From positions 1,248,001 to 1,312,000 of the forward strand of contig OY762911.1 of the NCBI GenBank assembly GCA_963666565.1: a stretch of DNA of 64,000 nucleotides, in the 5' to 3' direction. The stretch is from Thermoanaerobaculia bacterium. Its GTDB lineage: Bacteria; Acidobacteriota; Thermoanaerobaculia; Multivoradales; Multivoraceae. The notes under the pieces were generated by a model. That model had not been told where the DNA came from and searched no databases. It worked only from the letters and a program-made list of their open reading frames with translations. The position numbers were made by a program, and so were the translations under genes. Below, one piece after another: positions 56,424-64,000 of the stretch; within the stretch, counting starts at the first letter, position 1, and each line of letters opens with the position of its first letter.

Positions 56424-56655
56424 TCCTCCGACCCGCCGCTGGGTGCGCGGGTCTTCCGACCCGCCGCTGGATGCGCGGGTCTTCCGACCCGCCGCTGGGT
56501 GCGCGGGTCTTCCGACCCGCCGCTGGGTGCGCGGGTCTTCTGACCCGCCGCTGGGTGCGCGGGTCTTCCGACCCGCCGCTGGGTGCGCGGGTCTTCTGAC
56601 CCGCCGCCGCCGAAGGCGGCTACCAGCAACACGCGCCGGCCGTCAGGCCGGCCCC
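56424..56655 (+). repeat. tandem array of six 28-bp REP-like cores (56437-56604) plus family 1 tail
   Basis: Unit CGCTGG(G/A)TGCGCGGGTCTTC(C/T)GACCCGC, head-to-tail with no spacers. Confidence 0.95.
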
Positions 56656-57278
56656 GCTCCCACGCCGCGCCGCACCTGCCAAGCCTGCCGCGTCTCCTGC
56701 GACGAGAACCGCTGCTCCGCCCACGGATCGCCATACGTGTGGTACCCGTTCCGCTCCCAGAACCCCCGCTCGTCCGCTTTCAGGAACTCGATCCCCGAAA
56801 CCCACTTCGCGCTCTTCCAAGCGTAGAGATGGGGCACCACCAGCCGAAGCGGCCCGCCATGGTCCGGCGCCAACGGCTCGCCCCCGTGACGGTCGGCGAA
56901 GAGCGCGTGCTCAGAGAGCAGATCGGCCATCGGCAGGTTCGTCGTGTAGCCGCCGTAGCAGTGGATCATCGCGTGCGTGGCGCCGGCTTGCGGCGCGACC
57001 GCGCCCAGCACGTCCCGCGTCGCGAACCCCGACCACGCATTGTCCAACGTCGAGAAGCGGGTGACGCAGTGGAAGTCGGCCGTCACCTCGCGCCGCGGCA
57101 GGGCCTGAAGCGCCCGCCAGTCGAACGCGTGCTCGGCCTCGACGCGGCCGAAGAGCCGGAGCTCGAACCCGGCCAGGTCGACCTTCGGCGTGTCGCCGAC
57201 GGACAACACGGGCCACTTCTTCGTGACGTACTGGCCCGGCGGCACCCGGTCGTCGCCACGGTGCGGCGCGTCGTTCAT
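56643..57278 (-). CDS. sulfite-oxidase-like molybdopterin-binding oxidoreductase
   Basis: PPGQY..KWPVL, DFHCVT, HGGPLRLVVPHLYAWKSAKW, GFWERNGYH. Confidence 0.9.
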   Translation of the reverse strand: MNDAPHRGDDRVPPGQYVTKKWPVLSVGDTPKVDLAGFELRLFGRVEAEHAFDWRALQALPRREVTADFHCVTRFSTLDNAWSGFATRDVLGAVAPQAGATHAMIHCYGGYTTNLPMADLLSEHALFADRHGGEPLAPDHGGPLRLVVPHLYAWKSAKWVSGIEFLKADERGFWERNGYHTYGDPWAEQRFSSQETRQAWQVRRGVGAGPA

Positions 57279-57474
57279 CGCGGGGGAGGATACATGCCAG
57301 GAAGTGCGGGGGCGCCGAGTCCGTCCTGCAACGCATGTGGCGCGAGTTCGCGCCGCACGCGAACCGCTCCGTGCGCCCGTTCTTTGGCGTGTGGGCGGAG
57401 CGCGGGCGTTCGGCCCGCCAGCGGCGCGCAACGCCGGCCCGGCGATGCTGGGACGCGGCCCTGCAGCGGCGCGG

Positions 57475-57504
57475 TTGTCAAATGTGAGCGTTCTGGTCAA
57501 CAAT
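57475..57504 (+). promoter_or_regulatory. cys operon promoter with possible Rrf2-family operator
   Basis: TTGTCA (57475-80), 18 bp, AACAAT; overlapping AT-rich 25-mer with a CTGGTCAACAAT half-site. Confidence 0.4.
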
Positions 57505-57554
57505 TCCCGGTCGCCGCGCCGCGGCTCGCCCGAGCCGCCTGCCGGAGTCCCCCG

Positions 57555-58562
57555 ATGATCGCCGAATCCGCTTCCACCGAGCACGCCGCGGCCGCCGTCG
57601 AGTTGGCCGGCCCGCCGATCCCGGACGGGCTCGGCGATGGCGCCCGCCGGCTGCTGTCGCGGATCGGCAACACGCCCCTGCTCGACCTCAGCCACGTCCT
57701 TGGACCGGCCGCGCGGGAACTCGGATCGGAGCTCCTCGCCAAGGCGGAGATGGCGAACCCGGGCGGCTCGGTCAAGGACCGACCGGCGCGCCACATGATG
57801 CTGGCTGCGCGAGACGCCGGCCGGCTCGACGGCGGCCGCCGCGTCCTGGACGCGACCTCGGGCAACACCGGCATCGCGCTCGCGATGATCGGCGCGGCGA
57901 TGGACGTCGGCGTGACGCTCTGCCTGCCGGAGAACGCCTCGATCGAACGGCGCCGCATCCTCGGCGCGTTCGGCGCCGAACTCGTGCTTACCGATCCGAT
58001 GGAAGGCTCCGACGGTGCCATCCGCGAGGCGCGCCGGATGATCGCGGCGGATCCGGACGCGTTCTGCTACGTCGACCAGTACGGCAACGTCGCCAACTGG
58101 CGGGCCCACTTCGAGACGACCGGCCCCGAGATCCGGATGCAGACGGAGGGCCGGCTCACTCACTTCGTCGCGGGTCTCGGCACCAGCGGCACCTTCTGCG
58201 GCACGGCGCGGTACCTGGCCGAGGGCGCGCCGGGGGTCCGGCTGGTCTCCATGCAGCCGGACGGTCCCTTCCACGGGCTGGAGGGCATGAAGCACATGCC
58301 GAGCGCCCTGGTGCCGGCCATCTACGACCCCTCGATCGCCCACGAGGAGACGGCGGTAAGCACCGAGGACGCCTACGCCGAGGTCAAGGCGCTGGCACGC
58401 CGGAGCGGCCTTCTGGTCGGCATCTCGGCGGCCGCCAACGTGGTCGCCGCGCGGCGGATCGCCGAGCGCGCCGCCGAGGCCGGTGAGCGCGCCGTGGCGG
58501 TCACCATCCTCTGCGACGGCGCCGACAAGTACCTGTCCGAACCGTTCTGGGACGAGGACTGA
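57555..58562 (+). CDS. PLP-dependent cysteine synthase (CysM-like)
   Basis: IGNTPL, NPGGSVKDR, DATSGNTG, AGLGTSGT. Confidence 0.9.
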   Translation: MIAESASTEHAAAAVELAGPPIPDGLGDGARRLLSRIGNTPLLDLSHVLGPAARELGSELLAKAEMANPGGSVKDRPARHMMLAARDAGRLDGGRRVLDATSGNTGIALAMIGAAMDVGVTLCLPENASIERRRILGAFGAELVLTDPMEGSDGAIREARRMIAADPDAFCYVDQYGNVANWRAHFETTGPEIRMQTEGRLTHFVAGLGTSGTFCGTARYLAEGAPGVRLVSMQPDGPFHGLEGMKHMPSALVPAIYDPSIAHEETAVSTEDAYAEVKALARRSGLLVGISAAANVVAARRIAERAAEAGERAVAVTILCDGADKYLSEPFWDED

Positions 58563-58568
58563 CCGGCC

Positions 58569-59027
58569 ATGATCGAACTGTCCCCAGCCGATCTGGCCCG
58601 CATCCGCGCGCATGGAGAGTCGACGTACCCGGAGGAGTGCTGCGGCATCCTGGTCGGCAGCGTCGAGCGGACTGCCGGCGAGAACGGCGCGGCACTGGCC
58701 CGGGTCGTGCGCCTGGTCGGCGCCGAGAACGAACGGGAGGACGAGAGCCGCCACAACCGCTACCTGATCCCGCCCGAGGTCATCCTGCGGACCGAGCGGG
58801 AGGCGCGCGCGGACGGCCTCGACGTGGTCGGCTACTACCACTCGCACCCGGATCACCCGTCGCGCCCCAGCGACTTCGACCGGGACCACGCCTGGCCGGG
58901 CTACAGTTACCTGATCGTCTCGGTGCGCGAGGGCCGCGCCAGGGACGAGCGGAGTTGGCGGCTCAGCAACGACCGTTCCCGCTTCGACGAGGAACCGATC
59001 CGTTGCCTGGAGAGGGTCGCCGACTGA
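58569..59027 (+). CDS. M67/JAB (Mec-like) metallopeptidase
   Basis: YPEECCGIL, GYYHSHPD..SRPS..D JAMM motif. Confidence 0.92.
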   Translation: MIELSPADLARIRAHGESTYPEECCGILVGSVERTAGENGAALARVVRLVGAENEREDESRHNRYLIPPEVILRTEREARADGLDVVGYYHSHPDHPSRPSDFDRDHAWPGYSYLIVSVREGRARDERSWRLSNDRSRFDEEPIRCLERVAD

Positions 59028-59142
59028 CCGGGATGCGGCTGCCCGTCGCGCCCGCGCTTGGGCCTCTCGGCCGGAAGCCCCCGGAACCTGCCAGAATCGC
59101 GCACGACAACGACCGAACCCAAGCGCCCCACGGAGAATCCCG

Positions 59143-60624
59143 ATGACCGTACTCATACAGATCCCCACGCCCCTGCGCGGCTTCGCCGACGAACAGGCCG
59201 AGGTGGCCGTCGCCGCCGCCACCGTCGGCGAGGCGATGGAGCAGCTCGTCACCCGCTACGAGGGCCTGCGCCCGCACCTGTTCGGCGACGACGGCAAGCT
59301 GCGCACCTTCGTCAACCTGTTCCTGAACGACGAGGACGTGCGCTACCTGGAGCGCGAGGCGACGCCGATCGACGGCGACGCCACGCTCGCGATCATCCCG
59401 TCGATCGCCGGCGGCGCCGTGGCCGAGCCGCCGGCCCGGGCCGACGCGCAGGCGCAGCCCCAGGGCCAGGCAGGCGCGACCGAACTGAGCCCGCAGGAGA
59501 TCCTCCGCTACAGCCGGCACCTGATCATGCCCGAGGTCGGCTCCGAGGGGCAGTTGAAGCTCAAGGCCGCCAAGGTGCTGATGATCGGCACCGGCGGGCT
59601 CGGCTCGCCGCTCGGCATGTACCTCGCCGCGGCCGGCGTGGGCCGCCTCGGCCTGGTCGACTTCGACATCGTCGACGAGTCCAACCTGCACCGGCAGTTG
59701 CTCTACAGCAACGCGGACGTAGGCCGTCCCAAGATCGACGCCGCGGTCGAGCGGCTGCGCGAGGTGAACCCGCACATCGAGTTGACGCCACACCCGGTGC
59801 TGCTGAACTCCAGCAACGCGCTCGAGATCTTCGAGGACTACGACCTGATCGTCGACGGCACGGACAACTTCCCGACCCGCTACCTCGTCAACGACGCCTG
59901 CGTCCTGCTCGGCAAGCCGAACGTCTACGGCTCCATCTTCCGCTTCGAAGGCCAGGTCTCCGTGTTCTGGGGCGCCGAGGGACCGTGCTACCGCTGCCTT
60001 TTCGCCGAACCGCCGCCGCCGGGACTCGTCCCCTCATGCGCCGAAGGCGGTGTCCTCGGGGTGCTTCCCGGCATCATCGGCAGCCTGCAGGCGAACGAGG
60101 TGATCAAACTCATCATCGGCCAAGGCGACCCGCTGATCGGCCGCCTGGTCCTCTTCGATGCCCTGCGCATGAGCTTCCGCGAACTGAAGCTGCGCAAGAA
60201 CCCGGACTGCCCCGTCTGCTCCGAGAACCCGACCCAGACCGAACTGATCGACTACGAGCAGTTCTGCGGCGTCCCCGCCGTCGCCGAGGAGCCGGCCCTG
60301 AACGACATGATCGACGTGACCCCGACCCAGGTCCAGTCCTGGATGAACGACGGCCGCGACTTCAGCATCCTCGACGTCCGGGGCCCCCAGGAGTACGCGA
60401 TCTGCCGGATCGACGGCTCGACCCTGATCCCCGTTGCCGAGCTGGAGGGCCGTTTGGCCGAGCTCGATCCCTCGAAGCTCTGGGTCGTCCACTGCCACCA
60501 CGGCCCGCGGTCGACGCGAGCGACGAACATCCTCCGCGACAACGGCTTCCCGCAGGCGTACAACCTGGCCGGCGGGATCGATGCGTGGGCGGAGCAGGTC
60601 GATCCGTCGTTGCCACGGTACTGA
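59143..60624 (+). CDS. fusion: MoaD/CysO-like sulfur carrier, MoeB/E1 adenylyltransferase, rhodanese (MoeZ-like)
   Basis: Ubiquitin-like domain ending IPSIAGG (59415); RYSRH, GTGGLG, CYRC, CPVC; rhodanese HCHHGPRS and NLAGGIDAW. Confidence 0.92.
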   Translation: MTVLIQIPTPLRGFADEQAEVAVAAATVGEAMEQLVTRYEGLRPHLFGDDGKLRTFVNLFLNDEDVRYLEREATPIDGDATLAIIPSIAGGAVAEPPARADAQAQPQGQAGATELSPQEILRYSRHLIMPEVGSEGQLKLKAAKVLMIGTGGLGSPLGMYLAAAGVGRLGLVDFDIVDESNLHRQLLYSNADVGRPKIDAAVERLREVNPHIELTPHPVLLNSSNALEIFEDYDLIVDGTDNFPTRYLVNDACVLLGKPNVYGSIFRFEGQVSVFWGAEGPCYRCLFAEPPPPGLVPSCAEGGVLGVLPGIIGSLQANEVIKLIIGQGDPLIGRLVLFDALRMSFRELKLRKNPDCPVCSENPTQTELIDYEQFCGVPAVAEEPALNDMIDVTPTQVQSWMNDGRDFSILDVRGPQEYAICRIDGSTLIPVAELEGRLAELDPSKLWVVHCHHGPRSTRATNILRDNGFPQAYNLAGGIDAWAEQVDPSLPRY

Positions 60625-60699
60625 GGGAGCGGGCGACCGGACGCTCGGGAGCTTCGAGGCCGAACCGGCGCTGGCCGGCGTCCGGTGGCGCCGAGCTAG

Positions 60700-62447
60700 C
60701 CCGCATGTTTCACCGATGCGGCGTTCGCGTCGGGTTTTGAGCTGAGGAAGGCGTTTTGGCGTTGGCCGGAGGCTCTCGCTGGGCTTGGGCGTCGCAGGCG
60801 GGTTCGAGTCGGCGTACGGAAGCGTCGCAGGCGGCTGCGGCGGCGCGGCTGGGCGATCTTCGGACGCACTTCGGCCGGGTGTCGATGCAAGGCGTGTTGT
60901 TGTGGGGTCCGATTCCGAGTCGGGTTTCAGGCCGGCGGGTGGTAGAGGGGTTTTCGTTGGAGGTTTGCCAAGGCCTGGGCGAAGTCGTTCTGCCAGGGGA
61001 AGGCGTCGGACAGGTGGATCCAGATGCGGCGGTGGGTGATGCGCACTCTGGCGGCGACCTTGAGCAGGTGGAGGCGCAGAGTGCCGCACTGGAGGCGGGC
61101 CTTGCCGGTATCCGCGAGAGCGAGCCGTCGCACGGCGGCGAGCAGGACGTAGGCGAAGGAGGAGAAGTAGAGGCGCAGTTGATTGGCGGCCATGGTGGCG
61201 CTCGAGGTGCGGTCGGCGAAGAGGTCGAGTTGCTGCTCCTTGATGCGGTTTTCCATGTCTCCGCGGGCGCAGTAGAGCTGCTCGTAGAGCGGCTGCTTGC
61301 CGGCGCGGCTCCTCCGCAGACTGGACACGACGAAGCGGGGATTCGCGCCCTTCGCGAGCCACTCCGCCTTGCCCACCACTCGCCTCTTGCGAGACCACGA
61401 AGTGTCGGTCCGGTAGCGGAACTCACGGAACCGGCGCGACGCCTTGCCGGTCGCATGGAAGCGCCGCCGCGACTTCTGAAGCGGTCGCCCAATCCGCCTC
61501 ACAAGACGGCGATTCCTTGCCACGCCGAACACGAAGCCGATCCCCTGCCTCTCGCACCAGGCCATGATCCGCTCCCGGCAGAAGCCCGAGTCGCCGCGCA
61601 GGACGATTCGCACCTCCGGCCAAGCCTCCCGAATCCGGGCGACGATCGGCGTCAACTCCCGGATCGTGCCCGCGCTGCCATCCTGATTCGACCGCCGCAG
61701 CCGCGCCAGCAGCAGGTGCTCGCCACAGAACGCGTACAGAGGCATGTAGCAGTACGTACCGTAGTAGCCGTGGAAGAACCGGCCCTCCTGAGCCCCGTGC
61801 AAAGGATCGTCGGTCGCATCGAGGTCCAGCACGATCTCCGCGGGCGCCTCCTCGTGAGCCTCCAGAAACAGGTCCACCAACAGACGATCCAACGCCTTCG
61901 TGTCTGCCGGGATCCGCTTGTAGCGGTCGCCCGCCGCCTTGCCCGGACGAGACAACTCCAGCCGATTCAACGCCGATGCGCTCGCCAGCGGACGACCCTT
62001 GTCCCGCGTCCGACGACGATCCGCGCCCGTGATGTCCGACTTGCCCACCAGCAACGCCATGAACGCGTCCCGGCGAAGCTGGTTGTGGTCATTCAGGTCC
62101 TCGTAGCCCAGAGCCAGACCGTAGACCCGCTGAGCCACCAGATCACGCACCGTGTGCTCGACCGCCGAGGGATTCCGGTAGTCCCGAAAACACGACGCCA
62201 TCCGCTCCAGAAGACCGAGGCGAGCCTCCGTCTCCCGAAGCAGCACGCCGCCGCCCTCAGACGTCAACTGGCCGCCGTCGAAACGAACCGTCACCCGACG
62301 GCGACCGTGGCGACCAAACTCAAGCTGCGACGGAGTACACTCTGTGATCACGGGCCTCGCTCCTGCGGATCCTCCAAATGTCTGATACCACTTGGATTAT
62401 CTGCCGGAAGAGGCCCGATCTCAAATCACCCCCGTGAGATATGCGGG
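60700..62447 (-). mobile_element. IS1380-family insertion sequence, apparently intact
   Basis: 14-bp inverted ends CCCGCATGTTTCAC / CCCGCATATCTCAC; CTAG duplicated at 60696-99 and 62448-51. Confidence 0.92.
60927..62351 (-). CDS. IS1380-family DDE transposase
   Basis: FDGGQLTSEGG, GYEDLNDH, LDLDATDD, RGDSGF, YCARGDMENRIKE. Confidence 0.95.
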   Translation of the reverse strand: MITECTPSQLEFGRHGRRRVTVRFDGGQLTSEGGGVLLRETEARLGLLERMASCFRDYRNPSAVEHTVRDLVAQRVYGLALGYEDLNDHNQLRRDAFMALLVGKSDITGADRRRTRDKGRPLASASALNRLELSRPGKAAGDRYKRIPADTKALDRLLVDLFLEAHEEAPAEIVLDLDATDDPLHGAQEGRFFHGYYGTYCYMPLYAFCGEHLLLARLRRSNQDGSAGTIRELTPIVARIREAWPEVRIVLRGDSGFCRERIMAWCERQGIGFVFGVARNRRLVRRIGRPLQKSRRRFHATGKASRRFREFRYRTDTSWSRKRRVVGKAEWLAKGANPRFVVSSLRRSRAGKQPLYEQLYCARGDMENRIKEQQLDLFADRTSSATMAANQLRLYFSSFAYVLLAAVRRLALADTGKARLQCGTLRLHLLKVAARVRITHRRIWIHLSDAFPWQNDFAQALANLQRKPLYHPPA

Positions 62448-62557
62448 CTAGCGCCGCCAAACCTGTCGCAGGCTCCATGTTTGGCCCCAGCCCCCACCTC
62501 ACCAAGAGGCCGCGTCGCAGAAACCGCTTCGCTGCGTTCTGCGGCGCAGCCTCCTAG
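62448..62557 (-). repeat. ~110-bp two-hairpin element, copy 2 (family 2)
   Basis: Homologous to 730-838; bounded by CTAG at both ends. Confidence 0.75.
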
Positions 62558-63360
62558 TCGGATGTGCGGGAGTAGGCCCCAAGGTCTTGCGAAGTCACCT
62601 CGTCGGACGGCACGAGCCGATAGTGCTTCTCGTCGACGATCTTGACCGCTTCGTCCTCCAGCCGGAGTTCGAACATTGCGATGACCTCGTCGGCCATGAA
62701 CTGGGTAGAGACAGCGCGGCAGATCAAGTCCGGGAACTTCTCCCGACAGCAGAGAATGTCCTGCTTGGTCTGCACGACACCCAGCTGGTCGGAGCCGGAT
62801 TTGGCCTGAACAGGGACCACGTACTGTCGGCCGTGGCGATCCAGGCCCGCGTAGATCTCGTCGATCTCGATCTGGCCGACGTTGGCCACGGTGGTGCGCA
62901 GGTGGCTCTGCAGGGAGTAGGCGACGATCCCCAGGAAGACGTCGATCAGGCGGTTGTAGCGCACCTTGGCGAGTAGCGCCTGCTCGTCGGAGAGCGCGTA
63001 GGCACCGACGATCTCGGGTGTGGCGTCCGGGATCTTGGTTGTGATCAGGGCCGGGTTGGGAACGACGCGGCTGATGGGTACGAGCCGGAATGCGTAGTTG
63101 GAGATTCCGGTACCCTCGATAACCCATTCTTGGCCTTCGGGCTGAGTGGCGACTATCGCGTCGGGGAGCGCCCGCCGATGACGGAAGGCGTAGACGACGT
63201 CGCCCAGGTTGCGAGGCGTGTCGACGCCGAGTCGCTCGGCAGCGGTTGCGAGGTCGTCGCGATGGAAGCTCAGCGACTTCGCGCCGGGCCGATAGCGATC
63301 TTCGAATACGCGTTCGATGATGGCGCTGTAGATCGACGCCTGAGGATCGGGGGCGCTCAC
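62554..63360 (-). CDS. type II restriction endonuclease (PD-(D/E)xK-like)
   Basis: Coupled (GTGA) to a C5 methyltransferase; DEQALL and QIEIDE...PVQAK catalytic-type motifs. Confidence 0.75.
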   Translation of the reverse strand: MSAPDPQASIYSAIIERVFEDRYRPGAKSLSFHRDDLATAAERLGVDTPRNLGDVVYAFRHRRALPDAIVATQPEGQEWVIEGTGISNYAFRLVPISRVVPNPALITTKIPDATPEIVGAYALSDEQALLAKVRYNRLIDVFLGIVAYSLQSHLRTTVANVGQIEIDEIYAGLDRHGRQYVVPVQAKSGSDQLGVVQTKQDILCCREKFPDLICRAVSTQFMADEVIAMFELRLEDEAVKIVDEKHYRLVPSDEVTSQDLGAYSRTSD

Positions 63361-64000
63361 GCGAAGAGCCTGCGCGGCGAGGGTGCAAGCGACGCCTCGA
63401 TGTCCTCTTGCTTTCGCTTCCTGGTGCCGCTCTTGCGGTCGCGTCGGCCGATGGGAACCGGCACTCCCCAATACTCGGAGGCTTTGGACATGTTCATGCG
63501 AAGGAGCTCGACATCGCCAAGGCGTATCGTAGAGCTTGGCTGCGTCGGCCGTATCTCGGCTGCCTGGAGGATGCTGGTGGCCACGGCTCGCGCAAGCGGC
63601 GGAGGGACCGAGTTGCCGATTTGGCGCGCGCCGTGCCACTTCGTTCGATGGAAGCGGAACCAGTCAGGAAACCCGTGTAGCCGAGCCATCTCGCGCACTG
63701 TCACGCACCGCGGCTTGGCGTAGTGAATGGGGCGTGGACTGGTGAAAGCGCCCCGCGCAGAGTCGGTTCCCGCACGCAGAGTGTTCGAGAGCCCACGACG
63801 CGAGAGCTTGAACAGGCGCGAGACCGGTTCCACCGTGCCGGGCGGAGTTTCGGCGAAGCGCCGGCGGGATATGGGCGTGTGGGCCGTACGAGCGCTCGCG
63901 CTGAGGAGGTTGGGATCCCACTCGCGACGGTAACCGTACTGCCAAGCGCCATCGTCGACACAGCGCATCTTCTCGGCGTAGGGACTGGGCACGCCCCAGG
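63357..64000 (-). CDS. DNA (cytosine-5)-methyltransferase, C-terminal part (truncated by window edge)
   Basis: TLRAG target-recognition motif, motif IX RCVTVREMARLHGFPD, motif X QIGNSVPP. Confidence 0.92.
   Translation of the reverse strand, partial: WGVPSPYAEKMRCVDDGAWQYGYRREWDPNLLSASARTAHTPISRRRFAETPPGTVEPVSRLFKLSRRGLSNTLRAGTDSARGAFTSPRPIHYAKPRCVTVREMARLHGFPDWFRFHRTKWHGARQIGNSVPPPLARAVATSILQAAEIRPTQPSSTIRLGDVELLRMNMSKASEYWGVPVPIGRRDRKSGTRKRKQEDIEASLAPSPRRLFA

Noticed and set aside
56437-56604. CRISPR array (28-bp palindromic repeats)
   Set aside because: Units are contiguous with no spacers, no cas genes are present, and the same unit occurs as dispersed REP-like copies
57295-57555. SAM or Moco riboswitch between the Mo-oxidoreductase and cysteine synthase
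   Set aside because: Only a GC-rich hairpin (about 57336-57358) is visible, with no recognisable aptamer core, and promoter candidates lie close to both starts
14195-59252. Apparent giant N-terminal extensions or fusions in the ORF track (mraY, murG, murC, rmlD, argJ, argD, argR, xseB, cysM, Mo-oxidoreductase)
   Set aside because: True starts lie downstream, mostly at stop/start overlaps; the extensions overlap neighbouring genes
58569-60624. Ubiquitin-like anti-phage system (E1 + JAB + Ubl as in CBASS or Bil)
   Set aside because: No E2 or cyclase; the rhodanese domain and adjacent cysteine synthase point to sulfur transfer
62448-62557. Integron attC site (GCCAAAC...GTTTGGC resembles R''/R')
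   Set aside because: That stem spans only about 30 bp, the AAC is not kept in copy 1, no L boxes or extrahelical bases are evident, and no integron integrase is in the window
60756-62645. 629-aa ORF antisense to the IS1380 transposase
   Set aside because: No recognisable domain; runs past the IS end; most likely a shadow frame

Overview
A very GC-rich bacterial chromosome segment, most consistent with an Acidobacteriota lineage. This is inferred from the ArgS type and the GWxTD/VWA and PEGA proteins, not from a marker analysis. The backbone is housekeeping: MFS transporter (partial), tRNA-fMet, ftsB-mfd-two PPIases, a dcw cluster (mraZ to ftsZ, without murB/ddl), argS, a surface-glycan cluster with rmd-like/rmlD/lptD, ogt, ruvX-mltG, DUF420/VWA genes, xseAB, rhomboid, argCJBDH-argR, a Mo-oxidoreductase and a cysM-mec-(ubiquitin-like carrier/MoeZ fusion) operon. 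Accessory material: a eukaryote-type Delta14-sterol reductase, a repeat-flanked islet (ABC-ATPase/TOPRIM gene plus a decayed toxin-antitoxin remnant), an intact IS1380 and a type II R-M system cut by the window edge. Two non-coding repeat systems are not explained by the ORF track. (1) A REP/REPIN-like hairpin family at about 10 loci, including a 6x28-bp tandem array. (2) A ~110-bp two-hairpin element ending in CTAG, present twice about 62 kb apart with multiple compensatory base changes, which is the best candidate for something undescribed. Start codons were adjusted by eye. All family assignments come from motif recognition, not database searches.
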